Source: Chrysomallon squamiferum (Eukaryota > Animalia > Mollusca). Taken from it: a stretch of 64,000 bases of DNA. The stretch spans positions 5,766,001 to 5,830,000 of the forward strand of contig CM022678.1 of NCBI GenBank assembly GCA_012295275.1, written 5' to 3'. Both the position numbers and the translations under genes were made by a program. The notes under the pieces are model-generated. The model did not search any database. It was given only the letters and a program-made list of their open reading frames with translations, and was not told the DNA's origin. Below, piece after piece: positions 43,381 to 56,898 of this stretch. Every line of letters starts with the position of its first letter. Within the stretch, counting starts at the first letter, position 1.

Positions 43381-43433
<53 letters not shown>
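43230..43433. repeat. (ATT)n microsatellite cluster, representative of many in the window
   Basis: Direct inspection. Similar tracts lie at ~6727, 16853, 24365, 29480, 29683, 31522, 50695 and 61448. Confidence 0.95.
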
Positions 43434-43929
43434 GACACGCCTATGTTTCAGGCACAACAAAATAATTATTTTATCTTAGCCTAAGCTTAATTCTGTTTAT
43501 TAATATTGATGGGAAATCTGGCTGTCAGTGTAATAATAAAATGCTTGATATGAAGAGTTAATCTTGAGGACTTAAGTTGGTTTCAGACACTGCCTAACAC
43601 AAATTCTTTCATAAATAAGTTTGTCTTTGCATAATCCTATTCCGTTAAAATATTCATTCTTGATTATTGTATCCACCTAAGGCATTTTTTTAACCTTCAA
43701 ATGATTGGTGAGTGTGCTAATTGATGGAAAGATGACTGAAAATTAGAAATTTTGGGTCGCAGAAAATGAAATGGTTTTTAAGTGAAGAAAAGGTTGTTCT
43801 GGTTTTGTCTTTGTAAATTAAATTTGCAAATGATTGATCGTGCTCTTGAAAAAGAAGTGTTTTTGTAATTTCCATTCTGAAGTGAATTAAAAAGTTTTTG
43901 TGATTACATTCATATATTTTTATGTATCC

Positions 43930-43994
<65 letters not shown>

Positions 43995-44347
43995 CAGTTT
44001 ACAAAAACATAAATATATACACATCCATATTTCAAAAGCACTCACACACACACACACACACACACACAAATTTATACATATGTGCATATTCACATACATA
44101 CACAAACAATTCAAAATCCTTTATCACATTTAGTTTCACATAAACATGCAAATGTTGTTAATATTCCAAAATTAAATAACATTCTTCATCACTCTTTTCA
44201 AACAAATGTGCAAAATTTACAAATCCCTTTTTTTACAGATGAATGCATAAATTTTATAACTGTTCTTAAGTGAAATAAACATTAATTTTTACTAAATTTT
44301 TTTTACAGATGAAATTTTTTTGTTCTCATTTTTTTTTTTTTTTTTCT

Positions 44348-44378
<31 letters not shown>

Positions 44379-44387
44379 CTTTTTCAG

Positions 44388-44684
44388 ATAACCCACACAG
44401 TTCAAAGCATGCTGGGAAATACTCCTTCGCAAATGACCTCATTAACAAGGTGAAAAAAACGTAATGGGAGCTGTCCGCATTACTGACACAATAAGTGGAG
44501 CATCAGATGCACAAATAACATAAAGATTTGAGGCTTTCCTTCCACCAAGTGTTTTTAAAAAAAAAAAAAAAAAATATTAACTACTGATTAAATAATATAT
44601 CATGTTTGTTGTGCAGAATTAGTTTCATGTTCCACATAACCCATTCCGAACTGTGAATTTTGAAACCGATGGTTTTGCTGTTCC

Positions 44685-44717
<33 letters not shown>

Positions 44718-45078
44718 ACAACAACCCACAGTACCAAGTGGATTTTATAATTCGATATTTTACAATCTTGGGAATATCTGCTTCAGTTGAAAGTGTCACC
44801 TGCATGTGATAAATTTTTTTGTTTTGGTTCTTCATCCCCCACTGGACCAAGCAAGGGAGATAACTCAGGCAAAACAAAGGGAAGTAACTCCTTCAAAACA
44901 ATTTTGGAATAACAAGTGCGACCAATATTATATTCTTGTTGGTAATAATGTTGTGAATCTGTTGGAACAAAAAAAAAAAATTTATAAAAGAATTCTTTTG
45001 CAGTGTGCTTGTGCTTTTTAAAAAAAAAAAAAATTATTATTATTTATTTTAAAAAAAAAAAAATTTTTCAACATCTGT

Positions 45079-45119
<41 letters not shown>

Positions 45120-45226
45120 GTGTGTGTTTCGAGGATTATTAACAAAACGAAACGACAAAGGAATTTACCGCACACTACTCGCGCATCCATCATCTGTCCA
45201 ATCTGGCTAAGAATCGTCAAGCACTA
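44388..45226 (+). other. Probable 5' UTR part of the first coding exon
   Basis: Very strong acceptor (about 45 T-rich nt plus TTTTCAG| at 44387), followed by higher-complexity sequence leading to the ATG. Alternative acceptors at ~44238, ~44308 and ~45003 cannot be excluded. Confidence 0.4.
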
Positions 45227-45736
45227 ATGGCAGATGCAGACAACAGAGTTATCCTCAACGTGGGGGGCATTCGCCACGAGACGTACAAGGCCACGCTGAA
45301 AAAGATTCCCGCCACCAGACTGTCGCGGCTCACCGAGGCCCTGGCCAACTACGACCCCGTGCTCAACGAGTACTTCTTCGACCGACACCCGGGCGTGTTT
45401 GCCCAGATCCTCAACTACTACCGCAGCGGCAAGCTCCACTACCCGACGGATGTGTGCGGACCGCTGTTCGAAGAGGAGCTCGAGTTCTGGAGCCTCGACT
45501 CGAACCAGGTGGAGCCGTGCTGCTGGATGACCTACACGCAGCATCGGGACACTCAAGACGTTCTCGCGATTCTTGACCGGCTTGACCTCGACACGGACAA
45601 ACCGACGGAGGAGGACATTATGAAAAAGTTCGGTCTGGAAGAGAAGTACCGGCAAGGCGAATTGAACTGTTGGCAGCGGATTAAGCCAAAGATTTGGGCG
45701 TTGTTTGACGAACCATATTCATCAACCTCTGCAAAG
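45227..45736 (+). CDS. Shaw: Shaw/Kv3 (KCNC-like) voltage-gated K+ channel, first coding exon: T1 (BTB) tetramerisation domain and T1-S1 linker, aa 1-170
   Basis: Translation [88 protein letters not shown]...[12 protein letters not shown]...[14 protein letters not shown] is nearly identical to Drosophila Shaw as recalled. It has the HX5CX20CC Zn motif, is strongly GC/CpG-rich against AT-rich flanks, and has an in-frame upstream stop at 45140-45142. The exon ends at AAG|GCAAGT. Confidence 0.97.
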
Positions 45737-45974
45737 GCAAGTATATATATATATATATATATAAGTAAAAAGTTTCATTCAGTATACGTTTTTTTTATAT
45801 ATACATACATATAGACACACACATATATATATATATGCATACATGCTTGAGTATATAGGTACATATGTACATGCATACACAGTTTAATTAATTAATAGTT
45901 CTTTAATGTAGTGATTTAATAAGATGAGTAAATGTTTAGTCTGTCTTGATTAATGGATATATATGTATATAGAC

Positions 45975-46047
<73 letters not shown>

Positions 46048-46629
46048 AACCAAAACTCTAATTATACAAATTAATATCACAATTTCTCATGAACGTTTGA
46101 GTTTTATATAATTTTGAGATGAATATTTACAGACATCATTAGAAATTAGAAAATAGTTTATAAGGATTTTAAAAAATTAAATAAATAAAAGAAGTAAAAA
46201 AAGGATAAGGAAAAAGAAAAAATATATGTGTGCATGTGTGTGTGTGTGTGTATTATTCCTGTAATACATTTATTTGAAGTTCTGAGAAATTAGAAAATAA
46301 TTTATATGGATTTTTAACCAAATATTTCAAGGAAACCATATGTTTAACTTGACAAATTGTAAATGTCAGTTTGTAAAATCGTTGATTTAACCTTCAGTAA
46401 TCTGAAAAGTATTTTACAGTTTTTCACAAAATAATTATTAAATATACACATGTTAAACTTGAAAAAATTGCAAAATAGATTTTTAATTTGTGTTAGGTTG
46501 TTTTTTTGTTTTTTATATGTCAGATTTATTTTATTTTGCTGGTTGTGCAAAACTCAGTCTAGTGTGTATGTAGTTTGTAAACACTTTTTTTTTTTATTGT
46601 AAAAGATTTATTTTGACAAGAAAAAATTC

Positions 46630-46830
46630 AGCATCATACCACTCACATAACAGAAAGGAAAATCACTGCTCCATCTCATTGGATTAGCTGCAGTGAATTG
46701 TTTTAGGTTTACCATCCCATAGACAGGATGACACATACCAAAGCCCACACATCACTTTGGGTACAGGTTGAGATAAGATGGAGTCTAGTGAGTCTATGAA
46801 AAACAGTCTCATACCTTCAGTTATGTGTTT
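46630..46830 (+). mobile_element. Decayed copy of the same SINE-like family (intronic)
   Basis: GGATTAGCTGCAGTGAATTGTTTTAGGTTTACCATCCCATAGACAGGATGACACATACC. Confidence 0.55.
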
Positions 46831-47023
46831 TTCACAGGGTTACAACATTGATCATGCATGAATTTATTTATAAGCAAATACTGACAAATAAAAATGAATC
46901 TCCAGTTTGACATTTAAATCAGTTGTGTACACTGAGGATATCTGGTTTCATTGAAAAGATATTTTACTCACAAACATAAAGGACAGGTTAACATGGGATT
47001 TGAAAAACTTTCCATCACGGGCT

Positions 47024-47293
<270 letters not shown>

Positions 47294-47706
47294 GTACCCA
47301 TACATATCCAGTTTGCATGACATAATGGCAGCTGAACTGCTGTGCCACTGTTTACGTCGAAGCCTAAATTATCCACTGTGACATCTGCACCCATTACAAA
47401 CCGAACATCAGTGATATAAACTACAAGTTAATCAACAATGGTTATTCTCTCTCTGGCACTTTCTCTTTTTTTTCAATTATTATTATTATTATTATCAAAA
47501 ACCTCATTTGTAACATATGTTTCTCGTTTTACATGTCAGTGCATTACAGAGCGCAGAAAAAGTTAATGGCATCGTATTGATAGGAACATTGATAGGTAAT
47601 AAATGACCAGATAGCATTAGATGAAGAAATTGAGAACGAGTGGTTTGTCAGCTCGTTTGGAGACTGGATGTGTAGCACCAAATTGCTTATATCTTGTTTA
47701 GTTTTG

Positions 47707-47896
<190 letters not shown>

Positions 47897-49641
47897 GTAA
47901 TGTAACTGTTTAACTTTTTAAAACTGTCTAAGTTGATTAAGTAGGATGTTTGCATTTCTCTGCTTGGTGCACATGAAAATTATGTTTCCCTGTCAATAGT
48001 TTTCATGTTTAATTCGTGTTAGATATAGGTTTATATTTGAATTCTAACTGGGAATAATAATCCTAAAAAGATATAAATTTAGCATGGATTGTATGTGTTT
48101 TGGTAAGCTGGAAGCATCATATACTTACAAGACATCTACAAATTACTTTTATTTGATGGTATAGAGATTCTTTGTGTGTCCCTTAACTTGTTTGTAAAGT
48201 ATAAAAACAGACAGACATAATCATGTATTCACAAACGTACAGTTGAACACAATTATATTCACGTACGCATGCTGAAAATTACACAGTCAGACCTAATCTC
48301 GTCTTTTTGTTATTGTTATGAAACTCACATTTATATCTAGTATAGATATAATTATACTATGGAAACTGTGAAAGCAAAAAAAAAAAAAAACAAAAACACA
48401 TAAATACAAAAAAAAAAAATGTTACAAATAAATAGATGTCATAAATAAACTAATTCATACATGTAATGGCTCTAATGTAAAAATAGATTTGATTGTGTAG
48501 TGATATATATATATATATATATGCACACAAACAAATACTTGTACTTACAAATCATTAATTTCTTCTTTTTTTAAATTTTTTTTTTTTTTTTTTTATTTAT
48601 TTATTTATTGAAGTGTCATTTTGAATAAATAGTCTGATACAGAGGAGCTTTTAAATATATATTATCTACATGTATAAAGTTTTCTGAATTACTAAATAGT
48701 TTTAACAATACGTGAACAGTTTAATTTCGGTTTAAAATTAATTTTTCTCCATTTTGATAATTCACAATATTAACTTATAAGCAAACGCAGATTTATAATT
48801 TTAATAATGTGAATCACATATTATTATAGTTTTATAATCAACTTGATAATTTTGTTGCAAAATTTGTCAAATATGTGAAGTTAATGAAAAGAAAAATATC
48901 TCCAGAAAAGAGGAAAATTATTAGTTTGTACCTGATTACTTTTTCAATGCTTACATGTAACTGTGTTAATAAATGTTTATATTTAACTGTAAAATAAGTG
49001 AAATACATTGCCTGAATGTTCACTAGAATGCATCCAAAACATGCACACTCTAAAACTATATTATTTTTTAAATGTTGCATCATTTGATATTACGACACAA
49101 CAGTCATATTTGTATATATTTGTATTGTGTCAAAAGTCATGTTTTGTATTTTCCAAATAATATATTTATTATTATTATTATTATTACTGTTGTTATTCTT
49201 CTTCTTCTTCTTCTTCTTATTATTATTATTGATATTATTATTGTTGTTATTGTTATTATTACTATTTATTATTGTTAACAACAACAACAACAACCACAGT
49301 AATAATAGAATAAATATGATGATGATAAGTTGAAGTAAAAATACATAACTTTATGCTCCTTTTATTGGAATAGGTTATGTAACTGATACTAACATTAGTA
49401 TTGGTTAGGTTGTGAAAAAACTCCTATCAGTGTTTGGGACAAGATATTAATTTTGTATTCGTATTTGTTATAATTATGCTACATGTCAGCATTACCATGG
49501 TAACAAATAAAATTTGCATGATTTTTGCATTTCAGTTGATGTTTAAAATGTTGCTTTGAACACAATTGTTTATATTTGCATTTTTACATTATTGTTTTAT
49601 TATTAATATTATTAATATATTTCAAAATATTTTTTATTATA

Positions 49642-49672
<31 letters not shown>

Positions 49673-50116
49673 TTTTTTTTTTTTTTTTTTTTTATACATA
49701 AGTGCTTGGTTTTCATTAATTGTGTTATGCAAATGACTGGATGTAATTTTATTTATGCATTTGTTTACTGGTTTCATTTTTATTTTTATTATTAGTTGTT
49801 TTAATAATTTTATTTTCTATTTTAAGAGTATACATCAATATGTATATACAATAATATACAAAAATAATATTTATAAAATTAAAATTTAAAAACATAATTA
49901 ATATAAAAAAAAGTACATATATTCAACATTTATAATTTAAAAAAAAAAAAAAAATTAATTTAAATAAAAAAATTAAAAAGAAGTTAAAGAAAGAAAGACA
50001 AAAATGATATCTCCTATAAAAAAAAATATATATATATTTTTTTAAACTATAATTTATTTTAATTTTATTTTTTTTTTTTTTTTTTTTTTAAATTCTTTTG
50101 TTATCTTATTTTTTAG

Positions 50117-50140
50117 ACATGTTCAGTGACACCATCACAG
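50117..50140 (+). CDS. Candidate alternative 24-nt microexon of Shaw (TCSVTPSQ)
   Basis: Long T-rich tract plus TTTTAG| ACA TGT TCA GTG ACA CCA TCA CAG |GTATGT. Length is a multiple of 3, phase 0 matches both flanking exons, and there is no stop. No homology support. Confidence 0.3.
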
Positions 50141-50694
50141 GTATGTTCTGTACAATGTGATACTACTTGTTAGATTACAACTACAAATCTTCTTTTCACA
50201 ACTGGAGTGGACATTCAGTGAATTTTTAGTAATATTTATAAAACCAAAAATTTTAAAAATTGAAAAAAAAAAAAAAAATATATATATATATAAATCAGTT
50301 TATACATAAATATATATACATAAATTCTAACAGATCAGATGATTTTTTACGATATCCAAGATGTAAACAGTTGAAGTATTTTTTTATTATTATTTTCATA
50401 ATTACTTATTTTATTTATTTATTTATTTATTTATTTATGTTATTAAGAATATATCATTTACTCAAATGATGAAAAAATAAAAAAAATAAAAAAAAAAAAA
50501 GTTGTGTTAGGATTAAAAGAATAAATAAACAAAAATAAATAAATAAAATAGAGTTAATAATAATAACAATAATAAAGGATATTGAGATTTCCAATGCCGA
50601 GCAAATCTGTGGTCAGAATAGAAAAAAAAAAAAAAAATCTGATTTCTGTTTTAATACGAACATTGTGGAGCATATTTTTTTTTTTTTTTTATTA

Positions 50695-50744
<50 letters not shown>

Positions 50745-51958
50745 TTTAATTGGAAAAACATGCTATATAAAGCAGAGTATTAATAATGGTAAAATATTTT
50801 TACTTTGTTTATTTATTTATGTATTTATTAATTATTTTTATTTGCCCTTTGCAAAATTAGTAAAAGATTCATTTTTGTTTTCAAAATCGCATGAGCTAAT
50901 TTCAAATAAAGAAACAAAAATCCAAATCAAGCATCGTTCACATTCAAAACGAAAGTTGAATGTTCTTGAGAGAAAAAAAAAAAAAGAAAATAAATACTAA
51001 TTGGAAAATTTAAATTTAAAAATTAAAAAAAAAAAAAAAGAAAATTATTTAATAAAATTAAAAAGTCATTTTTGAGACAGCCAATGTTCCACCTATTCGT
51101 GAAAAGCAGAAATCTTAGTTTTTCTTGTTTCCATCCGTCTGTTCTTTTGTACATCCATCACCCCACTGTATCTTTGGTGTAGACAGATACTACTAAAACT
51201 ACATGTCATCACATTATGTGTGAGTATGTTGTATGTAATCTGAACTTTTATTTAAAATAAAATAAATAAATAAAAAAATAAAATTCTGTTTCAGTAAATT
51301 AAAATAATTGTTAATGATTAATTGTAATTATTTAAAACAGAAATTGGTTTTTATTATTTAAATATGCATCTTTAAATCTGAAATCATTTCTTATTTATAT
51401 ATATATATTAAAATCTAAATTTAATTATAATCATTTAAATTTTAATTTAAATATGCTTATAAATCAAAATTTGATTATTGTTATTATTATTATTATATAA
51501 AAAGTTAAATATAGTTAGTAAAATCTATATTAAACATTTTTCATAATACTTATTAACAGACAATTGTCATTTACATCTAAACTGCTTCTCTTGTTTTGCA
51601 AATATACAGATTAATTTCCTGGTTAGAATGTTCTACTTGTGACATAACAGAATACTGGATCTATAATCCTCACAGTACACACTGGACTATTTCCCAGTCT
51701 AACCAGTGTTCTGTGATTACATATCAAAATCTGTTAATTAATAAACCTATTGAGTTGTTTGTTAAACACTGCTAATTAAATAAATAAAAGTACTCTAGCA
51801 GTTTATTGATAAAAATAATTTTAACAGTGGGTTTCTTCTTTGTTGTAATAGTTCAAAGATTTATGTAAACATAAATTTGATTATTTTCCTTTGGAATAAT
51901 TTTGTCTAATTGTTAAAGTGTGAACAAGCTTTGGCATTGGAAATACTTAATAACAGCT

Positions 51959-52022
<64 letters not shown>

Positions 52023-52207
52023 TTTTTATTTTAAGAAACTGACATTTAATATTAATTATCTTAATAGTCAACATGTTAAATAAAAGTACAAAGTTTTTAT
52101 ATAATAGCAGTAATAATAATAATCAAAATAACAAACTAATAAAAATATATAAAGTCAACATTTATTTTTAAACTTTTAATAAACTTCAGGTAGAATATAT
52201 ATTTGTA

Positions 52208-52239
<32 letters not shown>

Positions 52240-52604
52240 AAAAAAATAAACTAATAAAAAATAAACAATTTTTTTGTTACCTATTTTTATTGGCTCAAAA
52301 AAAAAAAAAAAAAAATTTAAAAATAAGTTTATCTTTTCTTTCAAGCTTTATTTTATTTTCAAGATTATTTTATCGTTGTTGTGGCTTACTTTTGTGTCTG
52401 ACTGCTGTTTAAATATTGTTTGTTTATGTCACATCAAATTCTGTCTGTCTGTCTGTGTGTCTGTCTGTCTGTGTGTAATATCACCATTCAGTGTGTTTAT
52501 TTTGACATCTGTGTGTAGATATTTGCTTTTGTAGTAATGTCCTGTTGTATGTGATATGTTTAATGTTGTTCATTTGTACTTTTGGTGCATATTGATATAC
52601 ATTT

Positions 52605-52686
<82 letters not shown>

Positions 52687-53029
52687 AAAGAAAGATGAAG
52701 GAGTGAGATAGAAAGAGAAGAAAAAAAAAGGATGAGTAACACATCATCTAAAAAAAGATTCAGTTTCTAAACAGTGATTACAAGCTTAGATCGTGGCATA
52801 TAAAAATCACATGAAAAGTAAAAAAAAAGACTAAGATAAATCCAAAGTTAGAAAATCATTACAATAAATAATCTTCAGTGTTATTTACAATAAACATTTG
52901 TCTCTCTCGTAGCTCAGATTAAATATTCCACAAGAACAGACTAAACTGAATAATCCATACTGACAAAACTGCAATCAGTGTATATCTAATTCAAGAGATT
53001 CTGGCCATTTTGAATTGATTAATTGATGT

Positions 53030-53064
<35 letters not shown>

Positions 53065-53106
53065 CCCTCGTTCAAGTGGTTGCATCAAGATAATACAGTT
53101 GTGTTT

Positions 53107-53138
<32 letters not shown>

Positions 53139-53390
53139 TTATTTATTGGACTCTTCTTATGATTTAGCCTTGGGTAATTTGACTTTTTTGTGCCTTTGTA
53201 AAACACATTTTGGTTTGTGTAAACAAGTCATTTCGCAAAGCAAACACTTTTCACTGACAAAAGAAAGTAATTGCTGAAGCCATGATAAAGTTTTATACAA
53301 TCAATATTGACCAGTCGAATGAACCTATGGATCGTGAGAATTAAGAAAGAAATAAATAAAGAAAATATTTTTTTTTTTTCTCCCAGAATG

Positions 53391-53436
<46 letters not shown>

Positions 53437-53547
53437 AATTTAATTCTGAAACAAATGAAAAAAAATAAAAATAAAAATAAATCTATGTTATATTTATATA
53501 CAAAAATAAAAATAATAGTAATATTTTTAAATTATGCTTCATTTTAT

Positions 53548-53610
<63 letters not shown>

Positions 53611-53729
53611 TATTTGACTTCCATTCTTTTCTACCTTTTTTTTCAGTTTATCCTTTTTCATTTCTACCTGCTTTCTTTTTATCTTTCAGTTTCTTTCTCT
53701 ATTTCTCCTTCATCCATTTATTTTTACCT

Positions 53730-53761
<32 letters not shown>

Positions 53762-53829
53762 GTTTCATTGCCAGTATAATCAGACACACTCTTTAATAAA
53801 CTGCAGAATTAAAATTATATCTTGTACCT

Positions 53830-54826
53830 ATGTAGACTGAATACAGAATTTATACAGTCTAGTACATATGAATAATAATGTTTAGTTGTTTTTGTTAAAG
53901 ATTTGATACAGATTTTATACAAGGTAGCACATAACAAAAATAATATTTATACAATTTTTTTTAGAGAATTTATGTACAGAATTCATAGAATGTACTATTT
54001 ATTTGACATTTTAGAGAATTTATATACAGAATTAATACAATGTACTACTTACTTGACATTTTAGAGAATTCATATACAGAAATCATACAATGTACTACTT
54101 ATTCTATATTTTGCAGAATTTACATAATGAAGCACTTATCTAAATTTTAGAAAATTAATTTCAGAATTTATACAGTGTTGCACTTATTTAATATAACATT
54201 GGTACATTTAAAAAAAAAGCAATTTATCTAGCATAATAAATACAGAAGTTTCCTGCATTGAAATTTAGAAAAGATATGATACTTAGCTGCACAGTGGAAA
54301 CAGTATTTTTGGAATGTATTCAGTCTGTTACATATGGAATATTTAGTATATTAACAGAAGATAACCTATTGAGATTTCTTAAATTCTGCATAATATTTTC
54401 AGTGTAAATATATTAGCTTTAAATTGGAAAAAAAAAATTTTAACAGAATTTATCCAATACAGAATACTGGAATATAACATTTATAAATAAAAATATTAAA
54501 TTTACATATTATGGAAATACAGCCCTTATTTTGGAGTATATTATTTACTATACTGAGACAATTTATCTTGCAAAACCTCTATTTCTGCATCATTTAATAC
54601 AGATGTTAACAAATGTAGCATATGCAATACAATATTTAGTACATCAGAATAGTGATACAAAATTTATCTAGCAGATAAATGTAACATTTAGTTGTGAATA
54701 CGTCTACATATATATTAATCAGTGTAACATGTGGAATATAATATGTAGAACACCAGAAATTTAATATGTAATTTATCTTACTTGGAAATATATTAATTCG
54801 TTGAATATACATGCATTAATCAAGTT
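53830..54826. repeat. Degenerate relatives of array A, including a 50-bp sub-array
   Basis: TTAGAGAATT recurs at 53961, 54011 and 54061. TACAGAATTTA, ATTTATCTAGC and CATATGGAATAT motifs recur through 54826. Confidence 0.7.
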
Positions 54827-56700
54827 AACATATGGAATATCATATTTAATACATTAGAATATTACTACAGAATTTATCTAGCTTAGAAATACATTTCTTA
54901 GTTGTATATAGAGTGACAGAGCAGACATTAACCAGTAGAACATATGGAATATAACACTTAGTACATGAGAATATTACTACAGAATTTATCTAGCTTAGAA
55001 ATACATTTCTTAGTTGTATGTAGAGTGACAGAGCAGACATTAACCAGCAGAACATATGGAATATAACACTTAGTACATGAGAATATTACTACAGAATTTA
55101 TCTAGCTTGGAAATACATTTCTTAGTTGTAGAGTGACAGAGCAGACATTAACCATTGAGAATATTTACAGAATTTATCTAGCTTGGAAATACATTTCTTA
55201 GTTGTATAATAGAACATATGGAATATAACACTTAGTACATGAGAATATTACTACAGAATTTATCTAGCTTGGAAATACATTTCTTAGTTGTATATAGAGT
55301 GACAGAGCAGACATTAACCAGTAGAACATATGGAATATAACACTTAGTACATGAGAATATTACTACAGAATTTATCTAGCTTGGAAATATATTTCTTAGT
55401 TGTATGTAGAGTGACAGAGCAGACATTAACCAGCAGAACATATGGAATATAACACTTAGTACATGAGAATATTACTACAGAATTTATCTAGCTTGGAAAT
55501 ATATTCTTAGTTGTATGTAACAGAGCAGACATTAACCAGCAGAACATATGGAATATAACACTTAGTACATGAGAATATTACTACAGAATTTATCTAGCTT
55601 GGAAATACATTTCTTAGTTGTATGTAGAGTGACAGAGCAGACATTAACCAGTAGAACATATGGAATATAACACTTAGTACATGAGAATATTACTACAGAA
55701 TTTATCTAGCTTAGAAATACATTTCTTAGTTGTATGTAGAGTGACAGAGCAGACATTAACCAGTAGAACATATGGAATATAACACTTAGTACATGAGAAT
55801 ATTACTACAGAATTTATCTAGCTTAGAAATACATTTCTTAATTGTATGTAGAGTGACAGAGCAGACATTAACCAGTAGAACATATGGAATATAACACTTA
55901 GTACATGAGAATATTACTACAGAATTTATCTAGCTTGGAAATACATTTCTTAGTTGTATGTAGAGTGACAGAGCAGACATTAACCAGTAGAACATATGGA
56001 ATATAACACTTAGTACATGAGAATATTACTACAGAATTTATCTAGCTTGGAAATACATTTCTTAGTTGTATGTAGAGTGACAGAGCAGACATTAACCAGT
56101 AGAACATATGGAATATAACACTTAGTACATGAGAATATTACTACAGAATTTATCTAGCTTGGAAATATATTTCTTAGTTGTATGTAGAGTGACAGAGCAG
56201 ACATTAACCAGTAGAACATATGGAATATAACACTTAGTACATGAGAATATTACTACAGAATTTATCTAGCTTGGAAATACATTTCTTAGTTGTATGTAGA
56301 GTGACAGAGCAGACATTAACCAGTAGAACATATGGAATATAACACTTAGTACATGAGAATATTACTACAGAATTTATCTAGCTTGGAAATACATTTCTTA
56401 GTTGTATGTAGAGTGACAGAGCAGACATTAACCAGTAGAACATATGGAATATAACACTTAGTACATGAGAATATTACTACAGAATTTATCTAGCTTGGAA
56501 ATACATTTCTTAGTTGTATGTAGAGTGACAGAGCAGACATTAACCAGTAGAACATATGGAATATAACACTTAGTACATGAGAATATTACTACAGAATTTA
56601 TCTAGCTTGGAAATACATTTCTTAGTTGTATATAGAGTGACAGAGCAGACATTAACCAGTAGAACATATGGAATATAACACTTAGTACATGAGAATATTA
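54827..56700. repeat. 112-bp tandem array, ~17 copies, highly homogeneous (array A)
   Basis: Unit AGAACATATGGAATATAACACTTAGTACATGAGAATATTACTACAGAATTTATCTAGCTTGGAAATACATTTCTTAGTTGTATGTAGAGTGACAGAGCAGACATTAACCAGT. Unit starts at 55989, 56101, 56213, 56325, 56437, 56549 and 56661. Deletion variants near 55130-55210 and 55520. Confidence 0.97.
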
Positions 56701-56712
56701 ATATGGAACATA

Positions 56713-56898
56713 ACCAATCAAGCAGACGCTCGTAAACCTGCCCGACAAATTGATTTATTGCCTGCTTTGGCATGACGACTGCTCCGCATTGACGTCACAG
56801 TAGCCGATGTTGCTGTGTGTGACATCATGTTGTCTTCAGTTTAATCAGAATCACAAAGAAAGCAATCATGGTGGACGGGCAAGCTAGGAATGATTGGT
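56713..56898. other. Degenerate ~190-bp palindrome (foldback) with CRE and paired CCAAT motifs
   Basis: Nested complementary blocks: ACCAATCA/TGATTGGT, TGCCCG/CGGGCA, ATTGC..CTTTG/CAAAG..GCAAT, GACTG/CAGTT, TGACGTCACA/TGTGACATCA and TAGC/GCTG, around a loop at ~56808. Confidence 0.65.

Noticed and set aside
45003-45229. uORF with TAATG stop-start overlap on the Shaw ATG
   Set aside because: The overlap is real, but the upstream frame has no ATG and crosses homopolymer runs.
45224-45655. 143-aa minus-strand ORF
   Set aside because: Antisense shadow of the GC3-rich Shaw exon with no independent protein features.
45741-45746. Canonical GT donor (GTATAT) as the main splice site
   Set aside because: It is phase 1, so it would frameshift the phase-0 downstream exon, and it matches the consensus poorly.
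45737-45814. 3' tail of the 195-aa ORF ([12 protein letters not shown]...)
   Set aside because: Intron read-through into a (TA)n repeat. Shaw homology stops at AK and resumes at 63279.
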